A stretch of 64,000 nt of DNA from assembly GCA_031553675.1 (NCBI GenBank), contig JAVBLF010000016.1, forward strand, positions 11,324 through 75,323. The letters run 5' to 3'. The notes beneath the pieces were generated by a model. It saw only the letters and a program-made list of their open reading frames with translations, did not search any database and was not told the DNA's origin. Positions 26,078 through 34,807 of the stretch are shown piece by piece. The translations under genes and the position numbers were made by a program. Position 1 is the first letter of the stretch, and each line of letters starts with the position of its first letter. This DNA is from Eubacteriales bacterium. Lineage in GTDB: Bacteria; Bacillota; Clostridia; Christensenellales; CALWSW01.

Positions 26078-27019
26078 GTGAGCTTTGATACGCATCGGGA
26101 GGGGTTTACTTTGCAACATAAAAGTGCGAGCACAAGACAGCCCGACTCGGCGGCGAAACCGCAGACAAGTCAGGTGGGCCAATTCGGGAGCTCTCTGAGC
26201 GTGCTGTTGAGCCGCACAGTTTTTTTGGATCGTTTGGAACACACCCAAAAGGTATTCATGCAATCATTGCAGTATTTTACGCGCATGCTTCGCGCCGACA
26301 TCGCGAGCACCTGGCTGCGCGACGGCGAAAGCATGCACCGGGCGCTGATCATCAACCGCCCTGTCGCGTCGATCCCCAAGCTCGTCATGGTGTCCGACAT
26401 TGAATTCGGGGGCTTGCTCCCGCAAGGACAAGGCACGCTGCGCATCGACGACATCCACAGCGATCCGCGCTTTTTGCAGCAAAACATCATCTCCAAAGAA
26501 GGCCTGAAAAGTTTTATGTCCCATCCGATCGCCTTCCATGGCCAGATCATTGGCGTGATGTATTTCATGCGCCGGGGGGACGTGCCCTTTGACGAGCGCG
26601 ATGCCAAGACGCTCAGCCTGGGCAGTAGCATGCTCTCGGTCGCGATCGACCATTGCAGCTTTTCCAATGATGCACCCCGTCTGTGGGAGTCCATGCTGCG
26701 GGAGTTCTGCGATGGCGTCGTGCAGGCGCACGGCACCGAAGACAGCGCGTACAACTGTAGCTTTCTCAAACCGGTTTGGCTCTTGTCAGACGACCTCCCC
26801 AAGGGCATTCACCCGCTGACCCTGGCGCGCGTGTTCGACTACATCCAGAACAGCCGCATCTCGGTCAGCAGCGCCGACATCGCGGGTGTCAGCGGCTTGT
26901 CACTGGCGAGCGCGCGCCGCTATCTGAACCACCTGTACGACACTGGACAGCTCCAGCGCGATCTCGTCTATACACCGGTCGGACGCCCGAGTTATCTCTA
27001 TTCCCTCGCCGACGACTGA
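26078..27019 (+). CDS. GAF-domain protein with C-terminal winged-helix DNA-binding domain (putative ligand-sensing regulator)
   Basis: GAF-like core: DDIHSDPRFLQQNIISKEGLKSFMSHPIAFHGQIIGVMYF. The C-terminal HTH is ISVSSADIAGVSGLSLASARRYLNHLYDTGQL. The true start may be the ATG at 26258 (MQSLQYF). Confidence 0.65.
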   Translation: MSFDTHREGFTLQHKSASTRQPDSAAKPQTSQVGQFGSSLSVLLSRTVFLDRLEHTQKVFMQSLQYFTRMLRADIASTWLRDGESMHRALIINRPVASIPKLVMVSDIEFGGLLPQGQGTLRIDDIHSDPRFLQQNIISKEGLKSFMSHPIAFHGQIIGVMYFMRRGDVPFDERDAKTLSLGSSMLSVAIDHCSFSNDAPRLWESMLREFCDGVVQAHGTEDSAYNCSFLKPVWLLSDDLPKGIHPLTLARVFDYIQNSRISVSSADIAGVSGLSLASARRYLNHLYDTGQLQRDLVYTPVGRPSYLYSLADD

Positions 27020-27058
27020 TGGATCAAATGCCTACCTCCACACCGAAGCATGTCCGGA

Positions 27059-27085
27059 AGTGGCCCCGAGGCCACTTTTTCTTTT
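27059..27085 (+). terminator. Intrinsic terminator
   Basis: agtggcc-ccga-ggccact followed by ttttcttt. Confidence 0.75.
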
Positions 27086-27179
27086 GCCGGATGCCTTCCT
27101 TTTTCGGCGGAACGCTTTCCAAAAGAGCGGCGATTCGGTATACTGGGGGGAGTTCTTCGACCTATGACCGAGGAGATAT

Positions 27180-27665
27180 ATGGAAGAAATGAAACGCGCG
27201 CTCGCGCTGGACGTCGGTGACGTTCGCATCGGGATCGCCGTCAGCGACCCGTTCGGGTTCAGCGCCCAGCCCATCGAGTCCTACGCGCGAAAAGGAAACG
27301 AGGCAGCCGACTTCGACCACATCGCCGACGTCGCGCGGCGATACCAACCCGTAACGATCGTGTTCGGCATGCCGCGCAACATGAATGGCAGCTACGGCCC
27401 GCAAGCCATGAAGATCTGCGCCTTTGCCGATCGCTTGATCGAAAGTCTTCGCGGACGCCTGACCTTCGATGTCGCCTATTTCGACGAAAGGCTCACGAGC
27501 AAGACAGCAGAGCGCGTGCTACTTGAAGCCGACGTGTCGCGCAAAAAACGGCGTGGCGTCATCGACAAGCTGGCAGCCGCGGTGATTTTGCAGGGATTTC
27601 TCGATGCAGGACGCCGGTCGGCCCAACGCCCCGCATTTGAAAACAAAAATGCCCATGAGGAGTGA
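27180..27665 (+). CDS. ruvX: Holliday-junction-resolvase-like nuclease RuvX/YqgF
   Basis: LALDVGDVRIGIAVSDP N-terminal motif. About 160 aa. Confidence 0.85.
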   Translation: MEEMKRALALDVGDVRIGIAVSDPFGFSAQPIESYARKGNEAADFDHIADVARRYQPVTIVFGMPRNMNGSYGPQAMKICAFADRLIESLRGRLTFDVAYFDERLTSKTAERVLLEADVSRKKRRGVIDKLAAAVILQGFLDAGRRSAQRPAFENKNAHEE

Positions 27666-27670
27666 CAGTG

Positions 27671-27991
27671 ATGCATGATGCGATCAACAACAATGGGATG
27701 GAAGAAGCGGGCGAAATCGTCACACTGCTCGACGACAACGGCGAAGAGGTTCGCTTTGACCACCTGTTGACCTTTGTATACGAAGGCGAGACCTATGTGG
27801 CGCTCTTGCCGGTGGACGCGGTCGAAAACGTCGGCGACGACGAGGTTTTGATCCTCCGAACCGTCGAAGATGCGGAGGGTGAACTCGACCGCTACTTACC
27901 TGTCGAAGACGAAACGAAGCTCGACAACCTGTTCGAGGTTTTCCTCGAACGCTTTGACGAAATGCTCGACGTCGAAGACGAAGACGAATAA
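27671..27991 (+). CDS. DUF1292-family protein (UPF0473)
   Basis: Contains ITLLDDNGEEVRFDHLLTFVYEGETYVALLPVD and an acidic tail. The position after ruvX is conserved. The ATG at 27671 lies 8 nt after GAGGAG. Confidence 0.75.
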   Translation: MHDAINNNGMEEAGEIVTLLDDNGEEVRFDHLLTFVYEGETYVALLPVDAVENVGDDEVLILRTVEDAEGELDRYLPVEDETKLDNLFEVFLERFDEMLDVEDEDE

Positions 27992-28010
27992 GCGCGGGAG
28001 GAAAGTTCAC

Positions 28011-28535
28011 ATGAAAACATTCCAACGCGCTGTCGTCGCCCTGACGATGGCCTGTCTTTTGGTGGCGACCATGGGCTGCGCCCAGAAGCTGCCCGGCCAA
28101 CCCGTCGCGATGCAAGACTTCGTCACGCGTTTCAACACGCAGATGAAAACACTCGGCGAAAAGATCGCGATCGGCGATCTCGAAGCCTCGGACGAGGAGG
28201 AAAACCTCTACACCTATTGGTTCGCCAACGCCATCATGATCCGCGTTTACACCCAGCCGGGCACGAAGGACGTCGTGTCGTTCAGCATCGTCAGCGACCA
28301 CGAGGCCGTCGGGCTGAAAACCGAGTCGTCCTGCCTGCTGTCGGGCATGATGGCGCTCGATCCGAGCATTGGGCTCGAAGACAGCACGAAGCTGTTGAAC
28401 GAAATCCTCAGCGGCGACTACACGCAGGCCGACGGTAGCGCGATCCGCGCCGCCGAACACAGCGAATACGCGCTCGCCAACGCCGAAGCGACACTCTTTT
28501 TGTCGGGCCGCTTGACAGGCCTCGATGAAAAATAG
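28011..28535 (+). CDS. Lipoprotein of unknown function
   Basis: Signal peptide and lipobox MKTFQRAVVALTMACLLVATMGC. A GGGAGGAAAG RBS precedes it. Confidence 0.7.
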   Translation: MKTFQRAVVALTMACLLVATMGCAQKLPGQPVAMQDFVTRFNTQMKTLGEKIAIGDLEASDEEENLYTYWFANAIMIRVYTQPGTKDVVSFSIVSDHEAVGLKTESSCLLSGMMALDPSIGLEDSTKLLNEILSGDYTQADGSAIRAAEHSEYALANAEATLFLSGRLTGLDEK

Positions 28536-28548
28536 CCATCTTTTTCGT

Positions 28549-28578
28549 TTGACAGGGACCTTCTCGAATGGTTATAAT
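28549..28578 (+). promoter_or_regulatory. Sigma-A-type promoter (TTGACA-18 nt-TATAAT)
   Basis: TTGACA at 28549-28554 and TATAAT at 28573-28578, upstream of the 28643 lipoprotein gene. Confidence 0.6.
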
Positions 28579-28642
28579 GATATCGTTTATGTAGGCGAAG
28601 CCCTTGTAAAGGGGAAAGCTTAACATTCGATGGAGGTAAACG

Positions 28643-29293
28643 ATGAACAATCAAGTGAAAATGATGCGCGCTGCCCTGGCAGTTGTGCTCGCGGTTTCAC
28701 TGGCGTTATTGGGCGCATGCGGTGGCGGCGCGGACAAGAATGCCGCACAGCCTGACGCCAGCGCCGATACAGGCAAAGAAAGCGCCGCGATCGTGTCGGG
28801 CGAACCCGAACCCAGCCCGTCCACCGACGAAGAGGCCAAAGAAGTCGAAGAGGTCAACGAGGCGATCGACTCCGGCGATTTCCCTTACACCGTGACGCTC
28901 GGCCCCGGCTGGACCGTCAAGGCTAGCGTCGGCGGCGCCGTGATCGTCGAGAAGGAAAACGGCCTCACCCTCAGCCTGCAACACACCGTTTACGGCGAAG
29001 AGGGCATCACGCTCGACAAGCTCGAGGAATCCATCAAAGATTCCGACATCGAGCCCACCAACCTGACACGCGGCAAAGTGGGCGACTATGACGCGCTGAT
29101 CTTCAACACAAAGGCCATGAGCGATGAAGGCATGCCGGCCGCGCGCGTCGCCTACGTGATCGCGGAAGACAATCAGGTCATCGGCATTTCCCTCGGCGGC
29201 AAGGCGGGCGAAGACCCCGCGTCGATCCAGTTCACCGATGCCGACGTCGACGCCGCGTTTTCCTCGATCGCGTCGAGTTTCCGCGTGAAGTAA
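28643..29293 (+). CDS. Lipoprotein of unknown function
   Basis: Signal peptide and lipobox MMRAALAVVLAVSLALLGAC, followed by a low-complexity acidic linker. Confidence 0.7.
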   Translation: MNNQVKMMRAALAVVLAVSLALLGACGGGADKNAAQPDASADTGKESAAIVSGEPEPSPSTDEEAKEVEEVNEAIDSGDFPYTVTLGPGWTVKASVGGAVIVEKENGLTLSLQHTVYGEEGITLDKLEESIKDSDIEPTNLTRGKVGDYDALIFNTKAMSDEGMPAARVAYVIAEDNQVIGISLGGKAGEDPASIQFTDADVDAAFSSIASSFRVK

Positions 29294-29347
29294 GTGACAC
29301 AAACAGCCTGTTCGTGCGAAGGACAGGCTGTTTTTCTTGGAGGTAGT

Positions 29348-30433
29348 ATGATGCCGCAGCCGCAGGCGATCGCCATCGACACGGTCGCGCTCGACGACGC
29401 TTCCAGCGCGATCGTCATTCTCGACCAAACCCGCCTCCCCAGTGAAACCGTGACGCTCCGTTTGACCGATCAGGAGGCGATCTGGCAGGCCATCCGGACG
29501 CTCCAGGTGCGCGGTGCGCCCGCCATCGGCGTCACCGCCGCCATGGGGCTCTACCTGGCCGCCAAGTCGTTCGCCGCCGAAACGGATGACTTGGGCGCGT
29601 TTTGGGAGCGCTTTCGCGCCGCCAAAGCCTTTTTGGCGACCGCCCGCCCGACGGCGGTCAACCTCTTTTGGGCGCTCGACCGCATGGAGAACGCGGCGAT
29701 CGCCTGTGCCGCCACTTCGCCCCGGGACATCGCGGCATGCCTCTTCGCCGAAGCAACTGCGATCCGCGATGAGGACATCGTAGCCTGTGCCGCGATCGGT
29801 GCGCACGGCCTGGCCCTCGTCCAGCCGGGCGACGGCATCTTGACCCACTGCAACGCAGGACGCCTGGCCGCCGTTCGATACGGCACCGCGCTGGCGCCGA
29901 TCTACGTCGGTCTGGAACGCGGTGTGTCCTTTCGCGTCTTCGTCGACGAAACGAGGCCTCTGCTTCAAGGCGCGCGCCTGACTGCCTATGAACTCCATGC
30001 GTTGGGCATCGACGCGACGCTGATCTGTGACAACATGGCGTCGCAGGTCATGCAAAACGGCTGGGTGCAGGCCGTCTTTGTCGGCTGTGACCGCCTCGCG
30101 ATGAACGGTGACGCCTGCAACAAGGTCGGCACATCCGGCCTGGCCATCCTCGCCCAACATTACGGCATTCCTTTCTACGTCTTTGCGCCGGTTTCGACGA
30201 TCGACCCAAAGGCGAGCGGGGGAGGGGAGATCCCGATCGAAGAGCGTTCGGGTGGCGAGATCGCCGAGATGTGGTACAAATCGCGTATGGCGCCCGCCGG
30301 CATGCGCATCTACAACCCGGCGTTCGACGTGACGGACCACGCCTTGATCAGCGCCATCGTCACCGAGCGCGGCGTTCTGCGCCCGCCCTACACCGACACG
30401 ATACCCGCACTGCTCGAACGCGAAGGACGTTGA
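29348..30433 (+). CDS. mtnA: S-methyl-5-thioribose-1-phosphate isomerase
   Basis: Family segments QTRLP, VRGAPAIGV, TARPTAVNL and THCNAG are present. The ATG at 29348 follows GGAGG. Confidence 0.85.
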   Translation: MMPQPQAIAIDTVALDDASSAIVILDQTRLPSETVTLRLTDQEAIWQAIRTLQVRGAPAIGVTAAMGLYLAAKSFAAETDDLGAFWERFRAAKAFLATARPTAVNLFWALDRMENAAIACAATSPRDIAACLFAEATAIRDEDIVACAAIGAHGLALVQPGDGILTHCNAGRLAAVRYGTALAPIYVGLERGVSFRVFVDETRPLLQGARLTAYELHALGIDATLICDNMASQVMQNGWVQAVFVGCDRLAMNGDACNKVGTSGLAILAQHYGIPFYVFAPVSTIDPKASGGGEIPIEERSGGEIAEMWYKSRMAPAGMRIYNPAFDVTDHALISAIVTERGVLRPPYTDTIPALLEREGR

Positions 30434-30444
30434 CGAAGCGAACA

Positions 30445-30477
30445 AAAACGCCATGCGCGGTTAGCATGGCGTTTTTC
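30445..30477 (+). terminator. Intrinsic terminator after mtnA
   Basis: aaaaacgccatgc-gcggtta-gcatggcgttttt. Confidence 0.85.
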
Positions 30478-30580
30478 GATCTGGTTTTCCCCGTACCCAC
30501 CCTCGTCCCAACGGTCAATCGATGCGTGGTGTTGACATGTAAGGGTCTCACTTGTACTGGTGTCTTCGAATCGGGCTACA

Positions 30581-30678
30581 TTGTGATCTGCGGACTCGAA
30601 CCGCAGGACTGCCCCACGTCCACCAGCTATCCTTTCGGACAAATTGTGCATCCGCCTTGACGGAGAGACTACCACGAT
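30581..30678 (-). other. tRNA-like element (canonical T-arm, long-variable-arm-like body, no acceptable anticodon loop); possible degenerate type-II/Sec-like tRNA remnant
   Basis: The minus strand reads ...TGCGG-TTCGAGT-CCGCA-GATCACAAT. The 5' segment ATCGTGGT can pair with ATCACAAT (7 of 8 positions). A D-arm-like segment TCTCCGTCAAGGCGG resembles E. coli selC (TCTCCGGTGAGGCGG). The putative anticodon loop CACAATT lacks U33. Confidence 0.3.
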
Positions 30679-30718
30679 TTCGACAGCATCTGTCATGTTG
30701 GTCCAGCAATGGAAAACG

Positions 30719-31174
30719 TTACATCAGGTCGATCGTCCAGTTCGCGCCCTGAATGGCGATTTCGAGCAGCCGAAGCGCCTTCGATGTGGCGTCGATCTGC
30801 TTTTGTAGCGCCGCGACATCGAGCGTCAGGACGGTCTTGATTTCGCTGCGTGTGACACGAAAGTCACGCGAATGCGTGCTCAGGGCGATGTTGTTGAGAA
30901 AATGCCGCTGCCGCCGCCGTTTTTCGCGTTCGGCGAGCGCGTCGGCGAGCAGCCTTCCGTCGGGCAGCGTTGCCACGGCGTTCGTCCGGTTGATGCGTAC
31001 GGTGAGCGCGCAAAATTCCTCGTTGACGCGCATGGCTTCGGCGAGCAGGCTTTCGGGATCCTCTCCCGGCTGATCGCCCTCCTGCACCTTGAGGTTGGCG
31101 GTCACGAGCTGTTCCAGGTTGTCGAGCTGGTTCTGCATTTCGGAGCGCGTGAGCAAAGCTTCTGCCAGCTTCAT
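30719..31174 (-). CDS. DIP1984-family (septicolysin-like) protein of unknown function
   Basis: Family-like N- and C-termini: MKLAEALLTRSEMQNQLDNLEQL...KVQEG...VRINRTN...NWTIDLM. Its start lies 1 nt after the larA-like stop. Confidence 0.6.
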   Translation of the reverse strand: MKLAEALLTRSEMQNQLDNLEQLVTANLKVQEGDQPGEDPESLLAEAMRVNEEFCALTVRINRTNAVATLPDGRLLADALAEREKRRRQRHFLNNIALSTHSRDFRVTRSEIKTVLTLDVAALQKQIDATSKALRLLEIAIQGANWTIDLM

Positions 31175-31175
31175 G

Positions 31176-32465
31176 TCAATGATCCTCCTTTGCGCGATCT
31201 TCGCGTTGTGGGCGGACGACGACGGAAATGCCGTTCGGGATCACCGTGACGCTCGCGTTTTCGCCCTGGATGGCGCGCGCCACGTCCAGCGCCCCGCCGA
31301 TGTCGGCGGCAAAACGCATCTTCATGTCGGCGATTGTGTCGCGCAATCCGGATCGCGTCACGAAGATCACGACGTGCCGCATCAAGATGCGGGCCAACAC
31401 CTGCGCTTCCCATTGATCGGGAGCGGTATCGGGTTGGGGCGTCGCCATGATCGCGTCGTAGAGGGTGCGTGGGCTGTCGCAGTCGGCCAAGGCGCGGTAA
31501 AAGTCCTCGCTTCCCGTGCCGTCGGCACATTCGGCGACCATGACGATCACGGCCCCGGGTTTGGCGGTCGCTTCGGCGGCCGTCATGCCCTTGACCGATT
31601 GGTAGATGTTCTGATCGAGGGGCGCGCCGCCGTTCGTCGCGATCACGATGTCGGCGGGCCGGGCATCGACAGCGCAGTGTTGGGCGACAAAGGCGCATCC
31701 AGCGCGGTGCGCTTGTTCACAATCGCCCGCAAACGCGGCGATCGTCTTCTTTTCGGCGTCGATCGCGACGTTGACGATGAAGGCGAGCTTGGCTTGGCGC
31801 GCGGCGTCGATCATGTCGATTTGCAGCGGGTTGCCTTCGCGTATGCCCGTCCGCGCATTGGGGCTGTCGATGAAGGCGCTGCAATGGTTGCCGAGAACGG
31901 TGACCCGATCGCAGACGCCGGGCAGCACGCTCTTGGGCCCGCCCGAATACCCGGCGAAAAAGTGGGGCTCGATGAAGCCTTCCGCGACGAGCAGGTCGGT
32001 CTCGGCGGCCAAACGATCGACGACGAGGGGCGCTCCGCTCGGCAGAACGCCGATCGAAACGTTGGCGCTTGCGTCGCGGCAGTCGTGTACGACGATCCGC
32101 TCGCGCTCGAAGATCGCGTCGCCCAGCTTGGCCCGTAGTTCGTCCGCTGTAGTGCCGCGGTGAAAGCCCGTCGCGACGAGCAGCGTGATCTCGATGGCGG
32201 GGTTTCCAGCGCGCAGTTCGTCCAGCAGGGGTGGCAAAATGTCGCGGCTGGGCACGGGGCGGGTGTGATCGCTGACGATGACGGTACAGCGTCGCTTTCC
32301 CAGCGCCAAATCGCGCAGTCGCGGCGAACCGATCGGGTTTCGAAGCGCTTCTTCGACGATCGCACGTCCGTCCATTCCGGGATCAAAATCGTCGAGCCGA
32401 CTCGTCAAAAGGGGCGCGTCGAGTTCAAGAGAAAGGCATTGCTTTCCATAGGGCAGGCGTATCAT
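31176..32465 (-). CDS. larA: LarA-family nickel-pincer-cofactor-dependent 2-hydroxyacid racemase/epimerase homologue
   Basis: Contains VSDHTRP, EPHFFAGYSGGPKS (NPN-tethering Lys context) and LGNHC (His ligand context). The start MIRLPYGK at 32465 gives 429 aa. The ORF-track N-terminal extension overlaps the upstream gene. Confidence 0.75.
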   Translation of the reverse strand: MIRLPYGKQCLSLELDAPLLTSRLDDFDPGMDGRAIVEEALRNPIGSPRLRDLALGKRRCTVIVSDHTRPVPSRDILPPLLDELRAGNPAIEITLLVATGFHRGTTADELRAKLGDAIFERERIVVHDCRDASANVSIGVLPSGAPLVVDRLAAETDLLVAEGFIEPHFFAGYSGGPKSVLPGVCDRVTVLGNHCSAFIDSPNARTGIREGNPLQIDMIDAARQAKLAFIVNVAIDAEKKTIAAFAGDCEQAHRAGCAFVAQHCAVDARPADIVIATNGGAPLDQNIYQSVKGMTAAEATAKPGAVIVMVAECADGTGSEDFYRALADCDSPRTLYDAIMATPQPDTAPDQWEAQVLARILMRHVVIFVTRSGLRDTIADMKMRFAADIGGALDVARAIQGENASVTVIPNGISVVVRPQREDRAKEDH

Positions 32466-32475
32466 CAGACCGTCC

Positions 32476-33603
32476 TCAATAGTTGCCCGAAAAGACGCCG
32501 TCTTTTCCAGCAACCCGGTAGTCACCGAAGTAGGCCGCGGCGTCCAGCTTGAGGTAAGCGCACAGGTCGAAAAGCTCCGCCATGGTACCGTCGTTGACCG
32601 CGATGCCGTTGGCCTTGCGGTCCTCGAAGGCGGCGACCTCTTTTTCACCGTGGGTGTAGATGCGCGTCTGCCCGTCGGCTTTGGGGCTGTCGCGCAAGGC
32701 TTGGAGGTAGGTAGACAGATGCGCCTTGATCGCGTTGGCGTCGCCAAACGCGGCGGGATTGATCGCGATGAAGCCGTGGCAGATGCCGCCCTTTGCTCCC
32801 TGCATCGTCTGGTCGCTCGTCATGCCCAGCGAGAGGATCGACGTAAAGATCTCGCAGATCATGCCGAAGCCATAACCTTTGTGGCTGCCGGTCACTTCGC
32901 TGCTTCCGCCGAGCGGTACGATGCCGCCGCCGTTCTTTGCGACGATGTTTTTGAGTACGTCGGGCGCGTCGGTGCTCGGGTGGCCGTCCTTGTCGAGCGC
33001 CCATCCCTCGGGCAGCGTTTTGCCGTCTTTGTTGTACATTTCCAGCTTGCCGCGCGTGACGACCGTCGTCGATGCGTCGTAGAAAAAGTCGTAGGGTTCC
33101 GCCGGCATAGCGAGCGCGATCGGGTTGCTGCCCAGCATGGCCAGGCGGCCATAGGTCGGCACCATGATCGCTTCGCTGTTCGTAAAGGCCAGGCCGATCA
33201 AGCCCGCGTCACAGGCCATCTTGGCGTAATAGCCCGCGATGCCGAAGTGGTTGGAGTTGCGGGCCGTGACGACCGCCATGCCCACCGCTTTGGCCTTGTC
33301 GATCGCGAGCGTCATGGCCTTGTGGCCGATCAACTGTCCCACGCCGTCGTGCCCGTCGATCACGGCCGATATAGGCGTTTCAAAGACGATTTCCGGCTGG
33401 GCATGGACGTCGATCATGCCCTTTTCGATCCCTTTGTGATAGCGAACCATGCGTTGCATGCCGTGGCTTTCAATGCCGAAGAGGTCGCTTAAAAGCAGTA
33501 CATCCGTGATGATGCGCGCTTCGTCCCGGGAAAAGCCGAAGCCGGCAAACGCATCCATGCAGTAACGGTTGAGCGTGTCATACGACCATGTGACGTATCC
33601 CAT
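32476..33603 (-). CDS. Ldh_2-family (malate / L-sulfolactate / L-lactate dehydrogenase type 2) NAD(P)H oxidoreductase
   Basis: Contains DLFGIESHGMQRMVRYH and NSNHFGIAGYY, typical of the Ldh_2 family. The start at 33603 follows AAAGGAG. Confidence 0.75.
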   Translation of the reverse strand: MGYVTWSYDTLNRYCMDAFAGFGFSRDEARIITDVLLLSDLFGIESHGMQRMVRYHKGIEKGMIDVHAQPEIVFETPISAVIDGHDGVGQLIGHKAMTLAIDKAKAVGMAVVTARNSNHFGIAGYYAKMACDAGLIGLAFTNSEAIMVPTYGRLAMLGSNPIALAMPAEPYDFFYDASTTVVTRGKLEMYNKDGKTLPEGWALDKDGHPSTDAPDVLKNIVAKNGGGIVPLGGSSEVTGSHKGYGFGMICEIFTSILSLGMTSDQTMQGAKGGICHGFIAINPAAFGDANAIKAHLSTYLQALRDSPKADGQTRIYTHGEKEVAAFEDRKANGIAVNDGTMAELFDLCAYLKLDAAAYFGDYRVAGKDGVFSGNY

Positions 33604-33671
33604 TGCTTGCTCCTTTCGACCGCGTTCTTTCTTCAATCCCATTATAACCCTTTTGCGGCCTCGGCGCACAC

Positions 33672-33704
33672 AAAAAGAACCCCCACGGCCGCATGACGTG
33701 GGGG
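33672..33704 (-). terminator. Intrinsic terminator after the deacetylase gene
   Basis: The minus strand has cccccacg-N9-cgtggggg followed by ttcttttt. Confidence 0.75.
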
Positions 33705-33709
33705 TGTAT

Positions 33710-34657
33710 TTACGGCGTGGGATAAATGCGTTTGACCGTCTTGCCGTCAGCCCGTTCGAGCGCGAGCAGTTCGCTAACCGTCACGAAACGGTAGCCCTCT
33801 CGTTTGAGGCGGGGCAGGAGCAATTCGACGGCGTCGGCGCTCGATCGGTAGACGTCGTGTAGCCTTATGATCGCGCGATCGCCCACGGTGCCCATCACCG
33901 TGTCGACCACGGCGCGCGGATCGCGCGAAACGGCGTCTTCGCTGTCGGCCGTCCACAGGACGAATTGCTCCCCCAGCTTGACGGCCAGATCGTCGTCGAT
34001 CGCGCCTTCAGGCGGGCGGATGACGGCGGGCGCTTGCTTGCAGGTCTCCTCGATCAGTTTCGATGTCGTTTGGAGGTCCTTTCGCGCCGCCTTGACGCTC
34101 ATCTGCGCAAAGTTTTTGTTGTTGTATCCCTGGTTCCCGATCTCGTGCCCGCGTGAGGCGGCGTCCTGCACGATGTCGGGAAGAAGCTCGACCCGCTTAC
34201 CGACGACGAAAAACGTGGCCACAGCGTCGTTTTTTTCCAACGCGTCTAGGATACGCTCGGTGACGGTCGCGTGAGGTCCGTCTTCGAAAGTGAGGGCGAT
34301 GAGCTTTTCACCATCGTGGGGGAGGGGCGTGGGTTTGCTGCTGGGCTTGGCTGTTTGAAAATCCGCGTTTGAAGCGATGGCCCTGGCGGGAATGACCGCG
34401 CGCTGGACGGATTGCACCAGATCGAAGGGTGTGGGTTTGGGGATCCCTTGGCCGTGGAGCGTCGAAGCGATCGCGATGATCGCGATCCCCACGGCGACGC
34501 CCAGGAAGAGCGTGAACGGATCGACCCGCCCGATGGGGTTGGGTGTCGGAGCCCCTTCTTTGTTGCGGGCTGCCATGCGCAGGCGAAATGGCAGGGGGCG
34601 CATCTTCCACTTCTTCACGGCTGCCTCCCATTGTTTTGGTGGGTGATATGCAGCCAT
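33710..34657 (-). CDS. Polysaccharide deacetylase (NodB-domain) with an N-terminal membrane anchor
   Basis: LTFEDGPH (NodB motif 1) and IGNQGYNN / LHD motifs are present, with a TM helix FTLFLGVAVGIAIIAIA. The start is uncertain (34657 or an internal Met). Confidence 0.75.
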   Translation of the reverse strand: MAAYHPPKQWEAAVKKWKMRPLPFRLRMAARNKEGAPTPNPIGRVDPFTLFLGVAVGIAIIAIASTLHGQGIPKPTPFDLVQSVQRAVIPARAIASNADFQTAKPSSKPTPLPHDGEKLIALTFEDGPHATVTERILDALEKNDAVATFFVVGKRVELLPDIVQDAASRGHEIGNQGYNNKNFAQMSVKAARKDLQTTSKLIEETCKQAPAVIRPPEGAIDDDLAVKLGEQFVLWTADSEDAVSRDPRAVVDTVMGTVGDRAIIRLHDVYRSSADAVELLLPRLKREGYRFVTVSELLALERADGKTVKRIYPTP

Positions 34658-34807
34658 TATACGACGAATAATGTGACAATTCGAGAATAAGTTTGTGTAA
34701 GAGAAGGGAATAATTACATATGACAAAATTCGACATGGGGCTGACTTGCCACGCACTTCCCCGATATGCTATGTTAAATGAACGGAAAGCACAGGGGAGG
34801 ATCGCAT

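Noticed and set aside
30480-30720. tmRNA (ssrA) or a genuine selC gene
   Set aside because: There is no GGGG...UUCGAC 5' end, no tag reading frame and no ...CUCCACCA-type 3' end expected for tmRNA. There is no UCA anticodon in a 7-nt loop, as selC would need. Only the T-arm is canonical, so I report it merely as a tRNA-like fragment.
31176-32747. Full 523-aa version of the LarA-like ORF, and similarly extended N-termini for ORFs 54611..56416, 40738..43422, 43119..44375, 19547..22360 and 62351..63508
   Set aside because: The extensions overlap the preceding genes or leader RNAs, are Arg/Pro-rich and lack RBSs. Internal Met codons with good RBSs give family-typical N-termini.
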